DNA of 64,000 nucleotides from the human T2T-CHM13v2.0 reference genome, Homo sapiens, in NCBI RefSeq assembly GCF_009914755.1, contig NC_060927.1, one strand, 5' to 3'. The translations under genes and the position numbers were made by a program. The notes beneath the pieces were generated by a model. The model was not told where the DNA came from. It saw only the letters and a list, made by a program, of their open reading frames with translations, and ran no database searches. Shown piece by piece: positions 1 to 29,282 of the stretch (position 1 is its first letter; each line of letters opens with the position of its first letter).

Positions 1-1215
1 ACTTGAACCAAGGAGATGGTTCAAGAGATTGCGGTGAGCCAAGATTGTGCCATTGCACTCCAGACTGGACAACAAGAGCAAAACTCCGTCTCAAAAAAAA
101 AAAAGTTATATTTTAGGAAGCAAAGGAAAAGATCTCAATGAGGTCTTTAAGACCTGTGTTAATGAAGTTATTTATTATTATTATTAATATTATTCTTATT
201 TTGAGACAGAGTTTTATTCTTTTTGCCCAGGCTGGAGTGCAATTAGCCAGGCATGATGGCACATGCCTGTAATCTCAGCTACTCGGGAAGCTTAGGCAGG
301 AGAATCTCTTGAGCCTGGGAGGCAGAGGTTGCAGTGAGCCAAGTTCATGCCACTGTAGTCAAGCCTGGGCAACAGAGTGAGACCGTGTCTCAAAATATAT
401 ATATATAATAATAATAATAACTCCAAACCAATTTAATGTCCCTGTCTAGGGGAACTGGAGACTGATAGCTTCTCTCAGTGTTTCTAGGACTGGCTGACTT
501 TTCCTTCAGACTTTATTCATATGCGCTTCTGACATGGATCCCTATCAAACTGACTGATCCAGATGCAGGTGTACATTTTCTTTTTTCTTTTTCTTTTTTT
601 GAGACAGAGTTTCACTCTTGTTGCCCAGGCTGGAGTGCAATGGTGCAGTCTCAGCTCACTGCAGTGTGGGCAAAGGATTACCTAGGTGCCGAGGCAACAG
701 ACTGAAGGCACAAACTGTTTCACTATAATAAAGAAAATAGAATAGTTATAATACAAATTAGATATAGAGATGATCATGGACATTATCAATCATTAGTATA
801 AACATTATTAATCATTAGCTTTTAATATTACTCTTTGTTGTATTACTAATATAAACAAGAAATAACCGGCAGGTATAGGGTCCGGTGCTGAAGGGACATT
901 GTGAGAAGTGACCAAGAAGGCAAGAGGTGAGCCCTCTGTCACGCCCGCATAAGGGCCGCTTGAGGGCTCCTTGGTCAAGCAGTAACGCCAGTGCCTGGGA
1001 AGGCACCCGTTACTTAGCAGACCATGAAAGGGAGTCTCCTTTCCTTGGAGGAGTCAGGGAACACTCTACTCCACCAGCTTCTTGTGGGAGGCTGGATATT
1101 ATCCAGGCCTGCCCAGTTTTCCAGAGGCCTAAACCCCTCCCTGTGACGCTGTGCTTCAGTGATCACGCTCCTTGTCCACTTTCATGTTCCTCCCATACTC
1201 CTGGTTCCTCTTTGA

Positions 1216-1490
<275 letters not shown>

Positions 1491-1625
1491 TGATCTTTCT
1501 TATAAGTGCATAGAGGAAAATGCTGATGTATGCTGCCTTCCCTCTCTGCTTCGGCTACCTAAAACAGAAGGGCTCCCTATCCCATGATCACGTGATTTGC
1601 CTGACCTTATCAATCACTTGGATAA

Positions 1626-1954
<329 letters not shown>

Positions 1955-2929
1955 ACCCCCTTGTCTTGTATTCAATAAATATCAGCGCGCCCAGCCATGC
2001 AAGGCCACTACCAGTCTCCATGTCTTGGTAGTGGTCCCCCCGGCCCAGCTGTTTTCTCTTTATCTCTGTCTTGTGTCTTTATTTCTTATGATCTCTCATC
2101 TCCACACATGGGGAAAACATCCGCTAAGCCCCGTAGGGCTGGACCCTACACTGCAACCTCCCCGTCCTGGGTTCAAGCGATTCTCGTGCCTCAGCCTCCC
2201 AAGTAGCTGGGACTACAGGCGCATGCCACCGTGCACAGCCAATTTTTGTATTTTTAGTAGAGACGGGGTTTCATGATGTTGGCCAGGGTGGTCTTGAACT
2301 CCTGAACTCCGGCAATCCACCCACCTCGGCCTCCCAAAGTGCTGGGATTATAGGCGTAAGCCACCATGATTGGCCTTTTTTTGTTTTTCAGGCAGGGTCT
2401 CACTCTGTCACCCAGGTTGGAGTGCAGTGGTGCAATCTTGGCTCACTGCAAACTCTACCTCCTGGTGGAGTGATCCTCCCACCTCAGTCTCCTGAGTGGC
2501 TGGGACTACAGATGTACATGCGCTACCATGCCCCTCTAATTTTTGCATTTTTTGTAGAGATGACACTCTCTACATGTTGCCCAGGCTGGTCTTAAACTCC
2601 TGACCTCAAGTGATCCACCTGCCTTGGCCCCCAAAGCGCTAGGATTAGAGGCGTGAGCCACCACACCCAGCTCAGATGTACATTTTCTTCCATTTCACAT
2701 CTCAATTATTACTCACTAGTTCTCCGTCGTCTAAATTCCATCTTCCAAAAGAGAGAACCATTTTATTAGCCTTAGTCATCTGTATAAAACAGTAGCTAGA
2801 ACTATCAGAGACTCCAAAGCAGATGACAACAGGGGGGCACAGGGTGGCGTGGTGAAGGAGCGGCAGCTGTGAGCTAGCTGTCCAGCAGAACCACACAGTT
2901 AACCTACTCTCCTTGGGGGTAACAAATCA

Positions 2930-3097
<168 letters not shown>

Positions 3098-3225
3098 TCA
3101 CCTACCAGAATCAGAACTGCCTGTCAGCAGCAATGGCCCAACTGTCTGCCAAACTGAACAGGGAAGGCTGTACCCTTGTACATGTCTTTGGCATTCACTT
3201 AACCTGCTGGATTCAAACTTCTCTT

Positions 3226-4382
3226 TCATTTCATTAGTACTTCATTCCTTTTATTGGCAAATAATATCCCATCGTATGAATAAATCACATTTTGTATGCC
3301 TGCCTATTCATCAGTTCATAGACATTTGTGTTTTTCCTACTTTTTGATTATTATGAATAATGCTGCTATAAACATTTGTGTACAAGTTTTTTGTGTGGAT
3401 ATATGTTTTCAGTTCTCTTCGGTATTGTATTGGTCAGAATTCTCCAGAGAAACAGAACCAACAGGAGATATATATCAAGAGATTTATTATAAGCAATTGG
3501 CTCATACAATTATAAAGGTTGAGAAGTCCCAAGATCTGTAGTCGGCAAGTTTGAGACCCAAAAAGAACCAATGATTCAGTTCAAGTCTGAAGGCGGGAAA
3601 AGACTAATGTCCCACCTCAAGTATTCAGGCAGGAGTTCCCTCTTACTTGCAGGAAGTGTCAGTCAGCCTTTTGATCTATTTAGGCCTTCAACTGGATGAG
3701 GTCCACTCACATTAGGGAGGACAATTAGCTTTAATCAGTCCACAGATTCAAATGTTAATATCCAAAACCACCCTCACAAGCACACTCAGAATAATGTGTG
3801 ACCAAATACCTAGGTACTCTGTGGCCTAGTCAAGGTGACACATAAAATTAACCATCACAGGTATTTATCCACTGGCATAATTTCTAACTTATATGTCAAC
3901 TCTGTTTAAACCTTTTGAGGAACTGCCAGACTGTTTTGCAAAGTGGCTGCACCATTTTATATTCCCATAAGCAGTCTAGGAGGGTCCCAATTTCTCCATA
4001 TCTTCAATACTTATTATCTTTATATATATATACTTTTTTTTTTTGGAGACAAGGTTTCACTCTGTCACTCAGGCTGGAGTGCGGCGGTGTGGTCAATAGC
4101 TCACTACAACCTTGACCTCCTGGGCTCATGCAATCCTCCCACCTCAGCCCCCCAAGCAGCTGGGACTACAGGTGCACACCACAATGCCAGGCTAATTTTT
4201 ATTGTTTTTGTAGAGACAGAATCTCACTATATTGCTCTATATCTAACTTTTTTTTTTAAGCCATCATATTGGGTATGAGGTGGTATGTCATTGTGATTTT
4301 GATTTGCATTTCCATGATGGATAATGACACTGAACAACTTCTCACATGCTTATTAGCCCATCTTCAGAGAAATGCCTATTTA
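3226..4382 (-). mobile_element. Old L1M 3' end fragment, interrupted by an MLT2 LTR and an Alu
   Basis: Antisense L1 3' motifs (tgctgctataaacatttgtgtacaagttttt; gaggaactgccagactgttttgcaaagtggctgcaccatttt; gttttgatttgcatttcc-like). Confidence 0.75.
3426..3859 (-). mobile_element. Solo MLT2 (ERVL) LTR
   Basis: tgtattggtcagaattctccagagaaacagaacc ... aattaaccatcaca termini; perfect 5-bp TSD ggtat at 3421-3425 and 3860-3864. Confidence 0.85.
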
Positions 4383-4389
4383 GGTCCAT

Positions 4390-7824
<3,435 letters not shown>

Positions 7825-8338
7825 AGGTTGTCTTATTTTATAATATGATCCCCACTTGCAAGCCACACTCACCTTCACTCCTGCCTTCCCATCAGACTGT
7901 CTGGGTCTCCCTACTCCTTCAGTCTGAACTCACCCAGCACTTGAATGCCTGTTCTAACGCACCACCTTCCATAGAGCCTTTTCATGACCCACTCTGAAGC
8001 GCTGCAGCTTTTGCCTTGTCAGGACACACAGCCCACAGCTCAGTTACACTATCTTGGACTTCTTTTTTTTCTTCTTCTCCTTTTTTTTTTTTTTTTTTTA
8101 ACCTTGGAACTCTGAAAGTACCTTAAGGTCAGGCTTTGATTGGAGCCCACCCAGCTCACTAAGGCCAAAAACACAGCAGTCAGCAATTTGTGGTTTTGGT
8201 TTAAGCTAAAAAGAGGCTTTCTGGTTGCTAAATATGCCAGTGAGCATTTCAGTTATTTGCACTTCAGTGCAGAGGTCATCCAGTCCTTCTTGGGAGTGAC
8301 ATCAAGGACAAAGGTGATATGGAGGTAGGAGCAATATT

Positions 8339-8356
8339 TGTGTGTGTGTGAATATA

Positions 8357-8390
<34 letters not shown>

Positions 8391-8392
8391 TT
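8339..8392. repeat. Compound (TG)n(AT)n(T)n microsatellite
   Basis: Direct reading. Confidence 0.9.
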
Positions 8393-9499
8393 AAGGGCGG
8401 CCCCAGAGGCCTAGAACTAATAAGATATCTGCCTATATGGACCAAGAGCAGGAAGAAAGGCCAGACAATCGTCCCTCAGTAGACAGTGCCGCTTGGAATG
8501 ACCACAGTCTGGGAAGCACTAACACATGGCATTTACCACCAGCTAAATAAACATTTGATTTCATGTTGCACAATGACCTAGCCAGTCCAGCTACTTTAAC
8601 CCTGGTCTTCCTATAGAATGACCCCAGTATGAGCTCTACTTCAGGGCAGCTCCTCTCTTGGATGAAAGGCAGCAAAGAGCTTGCTGCCCAAGCTGGCCAA
8701 GAGGAAGTGCCCACAAAACTATTTCGCTGTGGAAGAAATCTGACCCAACATCCTAACAAACCCCCTCACATGGGCTTCCAATCTTTTAAAACTCATGTCT
8801 GCTCCCCACAGGCCCACCCTGGCAATGACTTGTCAATTTCCTTCACGTCTACGTCTAGAAAAAAAGTGAGAAAACTGGATGCAGCTTCGAGTGCTAAGCC
8901 ATGGGGGATGGACTTTGGTCCCCAAGCAAAGCATTAATGAAGGTGTTGCAAGGGGAATAGTTGAGATATGATATGAGGAAGACCAGAGAACAATTCCTGA
9001 TGAACGTCCTCCCTCCCAAGCCTCAGTCTGACCATAGCTTCCTCATCTGGGAGTTGTGAGAATGAGGCTGGCCTTGTGCAAAGCTGATCACCTTGCTTTC
9101 CGTGGAAGGGGCTCGGTCACTGAGGTCATCATTGCTTCTCACAGGGATGCCTCTACCCAGGAGGCTGAGCAGGCCACCGTTGGGTGACAGGCCGAAGAGT
9201 GTCAAGTATCTCCCCGGGCCGGGAAAGGTGCGAAAGAGATGGGTACTCTTGCCCCAGGGGAATGTATCAAAGGACACCTCCAGAACAACCGTACCGCTCT
9301 GTCTTTAGTTGTCTTCCTGGGGCAGGCTTTACAGGGGACCTGTTTCAACCTTAACGATAATATTAGTGTTGGCTGAAACCAAAACTATGGAGAGACGTTT
9401 ATTCCTTCCCATCCCTAAAGAAGTGGCGCAGGGTCAGAAGAGACTGCGGGACAGGGAACTTTACATCAGAGCTCTTGACAGGCAGTTAGAGGCTGCTCA

Positions 9500-9850
<351 letters not shown>

Positions 9851-9878
9851 TCAGCCCCAGCTGCAGTGCCGGCGCCGC

Positions 9879-9897
9879 CGACCTTTCACCCACTTTT
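9879..9897 (-). promoter_or_regulatory. DR1 / PPAR response element with 5' A-rich extension
   Basis: Minus strand AAAAGT-GGGTGA-A-AGGTCG, 80-98 nt upstream of the SLC25A20 ATG; SLC25A20 is an established PPAR-alpha target. Confidence 0.75.
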
Positions 9898-10099
9898 GGG
9901 TGGGCGGGGCACGAGCCCGGGGCAGGTCGGGAGGAGGGCCCAGTTGGCACGGTAGGGCTTCCGCCCGGGGCTGCTTCCGGCCTCGGCCCCGCTTCGATGG
10001 GCGTGGCAGAGCGCAAAGCCGCATGGGCGGGGTTTGGGAGTGTGGGCCAGCGGGCCTATTCCTCCAGGAAGCCTTCCCAGACTTCCATGTTTCCTCTGA

Positions 10100-12270
<2,171 letters not shown>

Positions 12271-12659
12271 GGCCGGGGCTGGGCGCAGTGGTTCACGCCT
12301 GTAATCCCAGCACTTTGGGAGGCCGAGGTGGGCGGATCATGAGGTCAGGAGATCGAGACTATCCTGGCTAACACGGTGAAACCCCATCTCTACTAAAAAT
12401 ACAAAAACTTAGCCGGGCGTGGTGGCAGTAGCCTGTAGTCCCAGCTATTCAGGAGGCTGAGGCAGGAGAATGGCAAGAACCCAGGAGGTGGAGCTTGTAG
12501 GGAGCCGAGATCGCGCCACTGCACTCCAGCCTGGGCAACAGAGTGAGACTCCGTCTCAAAAAAAAAAAAAAAAGAAAAGAAAAAAAAAGAATTATGGGCC
12601 GGGCACAGTGGCTCACACCTGTAATCCCAACATTTTGGGAAGCCCAGGCAAGCGGATCA

Positions 12660-12902
<243 letters not shown>

Positions 12903-13128
12903 CTATATGCATTGGAGCAAATTTTTAGAAAGGGATTCATAAATGCCTTCACACAGGAAAAAATAGGCAATCAAGCATTCTCATTCGAATGAGGGGCCAG
13001 GCGCAGTGGCTCACACCTGTAATCCCAGCACTTTGGGAGGCCAAGGTGAGTGGATCGTGAGGTCGGGAGATCAAGACCATCCTGGCCAACATAATGAAAC
13101 CCCATCTCTACTAAAAATACAAAAATTA

Positions 13129-13356
<228 letters not shown>

Positions 13357-13377
13357 TCATTTGAGGTCGGGAGTTCA

Positions 13378-13467
<90 letters not shown>

Positions 13468-13526
13468 CTACAAGGGAGACTGAGGCAGGAGAATTGCTTG
13501 AACCCAGGAGGCAGAAATTGCAGTGA

Positions 13527-14101
<575 letters not shown>

Positions 14102-14455
14102 TCAGGTGTGATGGCAGGCACCTGTAGTCCCAGCTACTTGGGAGGTGAGGTATGAGAATTGCTTGAACCCAGGAGGCAGAGGTTGCAGTGGGCCAAGATC
14201 TTGCCACTGTACTCCCGCCTGGGTGACAGAGAGAGATTCTGTCTCAAAAAAAAAAAAAAAAAATTGATCCTCATACTCAGCCAAACTAGCATCCAAGCAG
14301 GAGGATGAAACAGTATCACTCAACTATGCAAACAGACACGTGGGAAGTTGGCTCATGCCTGTAATCCCAGCACTTTGGGAGGCCAAGGTGGGCGGATCAC
14401 AAGGTCAGGAGATCGAGAACATCCTGGCTAACATGGTGAAACCCCGTCTCTACTA

Positions 14456-14704
<249 letters not shown>

Positions 14705-15268
14705 TCATTGGGAGGCCAAGGTGAAAAAAAAAACACATAAAAATTAAAAAGCAAAAAGCAAAACCAAGAAAGAAAACATGGCAAGCAAATAAATTTGTGA
14801 AATCTGAAACCTGTAGTTATCTTTACGATCATTGATGTTAAAGTTTGCTATATGTGGGAAGGGCATGGTGGCTCAGGCCTGTAATTCCAGCACTTTGGGA
14901 TCCTAAGATAGGAGAATTGCTTGAGCAATTCTCAAGTTAAAGACCAGTCTGGGAAACATGGCAAGACCCCCCCACATCTTTAAAAAAAAAAAAAATTGGC
15001 TTTTTTTTTTTTTTTTTTTTGAGACGGAGTCTGGCTCTGTTGCCCAGGCTGGAGTGCAGTGGCGTGATCTCGGCTCACTGCAACCTCTGCGTGAGCCACC
15101 GCACCTGGCAACTTTTTTTTCCCTTAGAATCTCACTCCAACACCCAGGCTGAGTGCAGTGGTGTGATCTTGGCTCACTGCAACCTCCAGTTCCTGGGTTC
15201 AAGCGATTCTCCTGCCTCAGCCTCCTGAGTAGCTGGGACTACAGGCATGCACCACCAAATCCGGCTAA

Positions 15269-15587
<319 letters not shown>

Positions 15588-15638
15588 TAATAGAGACAAG
15601 GTTTCACCATGTTAGCCAGGATGGTCTCGATCTCCTGA

Positions 15639-15973
<335 letters not shown>

Positions 15974-16068
15974 TGATCCGCCCACCTCAGCCTCCCAAAG
16001 TGCTGGGATTACAGGCGTGAGCCACTGTGCCCAGCCTCCTCCACTTTCTTATTTGAAAAACACATTAA

Positions 16069-16300
<232 letters not shown>

Positions 16301-16726
16301 TGATCTGCCTGCCTCAGCCTCCCAAAGTGCTGGGATTACAGGCGTGAGCCACCGCGCCAAGCCCAGAAAACATTAATTTTTAAAAAACAAAAAGGATAAA
16401 AAATAAAATGTCACTGTCCTCTAGCCTGGATGGGAGTGTGAGATCCTGTCTCTACAAAAATAAAAAACAATAAAAAAAAGAAACATGGCCAGGTGTGGTG
16501 GCTCATCCCCTGTAATCCCAGCACATTGGGAGGCCAAGGCGGGAGGATAGCCTGAGACTAGGAGTTCGAGACCAGCCTGGACAACATAGTGAGACCTCGT
16601 CTCTACAAAAAAAAAAAAAAAAAAAAAATTGGCTGGGAGAGGTGGCTCACGCCTGTAATCCCAGCACTTTGGGAGGCTGAGGCGGGCGGATCGCCTGAGG
16701 TCAGGAGTTCAAGAAAAGCCTGGCTA

Positions 16727-16995
<269 letters not shown>

Positions 16996-17029
16996 TCACG
17001 AGGTCAGGAGATCGAGACCATCCTGGCTA

Positions 17030-17612
<583 letters not shown>

Positions 17613-17948
17613 TGAGATTGTCTAAGAAATTTTTTTTTTTTCTGAGACGGAGTCTTGCTCTGTCGCCAGGCTGGAGTGCAGTGGCAACTAATTTTTGTAT
17701 TTTTAGTAGAGACGGGGTTTCACCATGTTAGCCAGGATGGTCTCGATCTCCTGACCTCGTGAATCTGCCCACCTACGGCCTCCCAAAGTGCTGGGATTAT
17801 AGGCGTGAGCCACTGCGCCTGGCCAGAAATTTTTGAAAAAGACCAATAAGGGCTTCAACCTGAGAAAGCTGATTGAAAGAAAAAAAATCAACGAAGGCAT
17901 CTTGTTCTACCATACAGCAAAAAGAAACCGGCCAGTCATGGTGGCTCA

Positions 17949-18209
<261 letters not shown>

Positions 18210-18286
18210 CTAAATAAAAAATTGGCCGGGTACGGTGGCTCATGCCTGTAATTCCAGCACCTTGGGAGGCCGAGGCAGGCGGATCA

Positions 18287-18571
<285 letters not shown>

Positions 18572-18667
18572 TTAAAACATTGTAGTATTGGACTGGGAAT
18601 AGGCAAACAGACCTTCAAAACAGAACGAAGAGCCCAGATAACAAATCCATGGGAGACTGAGGCAGGA

Positions 18668-18698
<31 letters not shown>

Positions 18699-19490
18699 GA
18701 AAGAGGCTCACTCTTTCCCCCAGGCTGGAATGCAGTAGCAGGATCTTGGCTCACTGCAACCTCCGCCTCCCAGGTTCAAGTGATTCTTCTGTCTCAGCTC
18801 CCCCAAGTAACCAGGACTCCAGGCACGTGCCACCACGCCTGGCTAATTTTTGTATTTTTTGGTAAAGATGGGGTTTCACTATGTTGGCCAGACTGGTCTT
18901 GAACTCCTTACCTCAGGTGATCTTTCCGCCTCAACCTCCCAAAGTGCTGGGATTACAGGCGTGAGCCACTGTGCCCAGCTGAGGTAGTATTGCTTTAACC
19001 CAGGAGGCAGGGGTTGCAGTGAGCCAAGATAGCACCACTGCACTCCAGCCTAGGTGACAGAGCATCACCTAGGGTCTTTTGAGACAGGGTCTTGCTCTGT
19101 TACCTAGGCTTGTCTCCTAGGCTAGGCCTCAGAAAAAAATTAAATAAATCAATAAATAAAATATTAGCATTTTGTACATATCTTTCAGGGCCCTTTCAAT
19201 GAGTTAACATACATATTTATATATACAGCTATACACACCTACACACACACTTACACAAACTGTTTTCATTGATAAAAGGCTATATTGTAAATACCAGTTT
19301 GCTTTTTTCACTCAGTAGAGGCTGCTATTATTCTCCTAATTTCACAAATGAGCAAACTAAGTCACAGAGAGGTTAAGGTTCCCTGCCCAAGGTCACATGG
19401 ACAGGAAGATGTGGAGTTGGGATTCTCTTTAAAGTATTATTTTAATTTTAGTTTTATTTTTTTGAGACAGGGTCTTGCTCTGTCACCTAG

Positions 19491-19849
<359 letters not shown>

Positions 19850-20332
19850 TGATCCACCTGCCTTGTCCTCCCAAGGTGCTAGGATTATAGGCATGAGCCA
19901 CCGTCCCGGCCGAGGTTACTTTTTGTATTTTTTGTAGAGATGGGGTTTCCCTATGTTGCCAAGGCTAGTCTTGAACTCCTGAGCTCAAGTGATCCTCCTG
20001 TCTTGGCATCCCAAAGTGCTGGGATTACAGGAGTGACCCACTCTCCCAAGCCTCAATTTTGATTAATTAATTATTTTTGAGACAGGGTATCCCTATGTTG
20101 CCCAGGGTGGTCTCGAACTCCTGGACTCAAGCAATCATCCCACCTCAGCTTCCTGAAGTGCTGGAATTACAGGCATGAGCCACTGTACCCGGTCAAGGGT
20201 TTCTAATCCTAGCTGTCTGGCTCTAGACTACGCTTTGTTGGTCCGTAAGGCCAAAGCTTGTGATAGAGCTTTAGAGGATGTTGAAAAGAAAAATGATATG
20301 TTTTGTACTTTAAAAATATATATATTTTTTGA

Positions 20333-20476
<144 letters not shown>

Positions 20477-21023
20477 TAATTTTGTATTTTTAGTAGAGAC
20501 GGGGTTTTGCCAGGTTGGCCAGGCTGGTCTTGATCTCCTGAGGTGGCTCACACCCATAATCCCAGCACTTTGGGAGGCTGAGGTGGGTGGATCACCTGAG
20601 GTCAGGAGTTCCAGACCAGCCTGGCCAACATGGTGAAAACCCATGTCTACTAAAAATAACAAAAATTAGCCGGGCGTGGTGGCAGGCGCCTGTAATCCCA
20701 GCAATTTAGGAGGCTAAGGCAGGAGAATCGCTTGAACCTGTGAGGCAGAGGTTGCAGTGAGCCAAGATCATGCCATTGAACTCCAGCCTGGGCAACAGGG
20801 CGAGACTCCGTCTCAAAAAAAAAAAAAAAAAAGAAAAATCCCACCTTCTATCTTGAAAAAAATAAATCTTTTTTAAAAAAAGAATAAAAATAAAATGTAC
20901 TGGGCCGGGCACGGTCGCTCACGCCTGGAATCCCAGCACTTTAGGAGGCCAAGGTGGGAAGATTACCTGAGGTCAGGAGTTTGAGACCAGCCTGGCAAAC
21001 ATGGCGAAACACCATCTCTACTA

Positions 21024-21266
<243 letters not shown>

Positions 21267-21289
21267 CTACAAAAGTAAAAAATATTTTA

Positions 21290-22374
<1,085 letters not shown>

Positions 22375-22803
22375 TGATCCGCCCACCTCAGCCTCCCAAA
22401 GTGCTAGAATTACAGGCATGAGCCACCGTGTCCGGCTCACGGTGATAATTTTTATTTTTATTTTTCTTGTATTTCCATCCAGTGCACTCACAGTGGTAAT
22501 TTGATACTTATTGTTGAATTATTCTACTAATTTCTGCATCTCCTATTAGAACAAAGCTCCTTGACCACAGATATTGTGGTCCTCTTTACTTACCATCTAT
22601 AACAACTTGGTGCCTGGCCTTTAACCAGTCTGAAAGAACAAAGCATTTAAGAAATGTGATTTGGGCTGGGCGTGGTGGCTCACGCCTGTAATGCCAGCAC
22701 TTTGGGAGGCTGAGGTGGGCGGATCACGAGGTCAGGAGATGGAGACCATCCTAGCTAGCAGGGTGAAACCCCGTCTTTACTAAAAATACAAAAAAATTAG
22801 TCA

Positions 22804-22989
<186 letters not shown>

Positions 22990-23423
22990 TTACAATGTAA
23001 AATGAGCATAGGAGTTGACTGAGCAATTCCTCTATTTCCATTTCTAGAAATAAAATCAAAAACGTGTTCACAACTATGCAAAAAGAACTACAGGCTGTGG
23101 CTCACACCTATAATCCCACCACTTTGTGGGGCCAAGGCAGGAGAATTGCTTGAGCCCAGCGGTTTGAGACCAGCCTGGGCAATATAATGGGACCCCATAT
23201 CTATTAAAAAAAAATTCTCCAGGCATGGTGGTGCATGCCTATAATAGTCCCAGCTACTTGGGAGGCTGAGGCAGGAGAATCACTTGAGCCCAGGAGATTG
23301 AGGCTGCAGTGACTGCACCACTGCACTCCAGTCTGGGTGACAGAGAGAGACTACATCTCAAAAGAAAAAAGAGGGCCAGGCACGGTGGCTCACACTTGTA
23401 ATCACAACACTTTGTGAGGCCTA

Positions 23424-24118
<695 letters not shown>

Positions 24119-24264
24119 TTATATACTCAGAAGGGTTACAGCACTGTCAAAAGGGTAGGCTCTGGATTCAGATGCCTGGGGTTAGAATCTTAGCTTGGAT
24201 GGGCATGGTGGCTCATGCCTGTAATTGCAGCACTTTGGGAGGCAGAGGTTGGTGGATCACTTTA

Positions 24265-24540
<276 letters not shown>

Positions 24541-24662
24541 CTACTAAGTGAAAAAAGCAGCAGAATGATATTTGCAATAGCCTGCTACTAATGAAAAGGT
24601 TACTAATGAAAAGCTTTGTGTAAATGTGTGTGTGGGTAGCTATAAATATAGACATACACTGA

Positions 24663-24956
<294 letters not shown>

Positions 24957-25228
24957 TGAGCCACTGCACCCGGCCGACATGTACTGTATTTAGATGCATA
25001 GAAAGTGTCCTAGAAGGATGCACACCAAACTCTGGACAGTGGCAACAACCCCAAATAGGAGAAAAGAAAGGTGGAGTATATTAACGGGAGTATTCACAAG
25101 CTGCTATCAGTATTCTTGTATTACATTTTTACAACTTCATGTTATCATTACATTAGTTGCATAATTAAATTCAATAAAAACAAAGATGAATAAGATGAGA
25201 GATATACTGATATATGCAATATGTGCTT

Positions 25229-26678
<1,450 letters not shown>

Positions 26679-27238
26679 CTTTGTATATTTTATATGCATT
26701 CATATTTTATTTACTTTTTCTTTTTTGAGACAGAGCTACTGTGTTGCCCAGGCTGGAGTGCAGTGGTGCAATCTCGGCTCGCTGCAACCTCCGCCTCCCG
26801 GGTTCAAGTTATTCTCCCTGCCTCAGCCTCCCGAGTAGCTGGAATTACAGGCATGCACCACCATGCCTGGCTAATTTTTGTATTTTTTAGTAGAGACAGG
26901 GTTTTGCCATGTTGGTCAGGCTGGTCTGGAACTCCTGACCTCAGGCGATCCGCCCGCCTCCACCTCCCAAAGTGCTGGGATTACAGGTGTGAGCCACCAC
27001 ACCCGGCCCCTATCCTATTCTTATCACTTGAGTATATCACAAATAACCTTTCCTTGTCAATAGGTGCCTTAGTACAGCATTTTTTTTTCTTTTTTTGAAG
27101 ACAGGTTCTGGCTCTGTCCCCCAGGCTGGAGTGCAGTAGCCCGATCTCTTGCTCACTGCAGCCTCCACATCCTGGGTCTTAAGTGATCCTCCCACCTCAG
27201 CCTCCCAAGTAGGTGGAGCTATAAGCACATCCAGCTAA

Positions 27239-27565
<327 letters not shown>

Positions 27566-27599
27566 TAAAGAAACAAAGGAGACCAGGAGCAGTGGCTCA

Positions 27600-27995
<396 letters not shown>

Positions 27996-28003
27996 TCACT
28001 TGA

Positions 28004-28330
<327 letters not shown>

Positions 28331-28619
28331 TAGTAGAGACAGGGTTTCACCATGCTGGTCAGGCCAGTCTCGAATTCCTGACCTCGTGATCTGCCGGCTC
28401 CGGCCTCCCAACGTGCTGGGATTACAGGCGTGAGCCACGGTGCCCGGCCACGCGGCATGATTTTTAATGGCTTTCTACATTGTATGGTTTGTTATTGTTG
28501 TTTTGAGACAGGGTCTCCTTCTATCACCGATGCTGGACTGCAGTGGTGCGATCTTGGCACTCTGCAGCCTCGACCTCCTCGGCTCAAGCGATCCTATATC
28601 ACCTCAGCCCCCTGAGTAG

Positions 28620-29111
<492 letters not shown>

Positions 29112-29282
29112 TGCACAGGTGTCTTGAATATGTATATACGCGACTCCAGTATGGTTGGAAATGATTTGATTTGTTGTCTATGGAATTGCACAACCTGGAG
29201 CCTTCCTAACATCAGCGGCTTCATACTGGCATTTCCATTGTGGTGCAGCAACAATCTGAGTGAGCCTCCGTCTCTAGCCACA

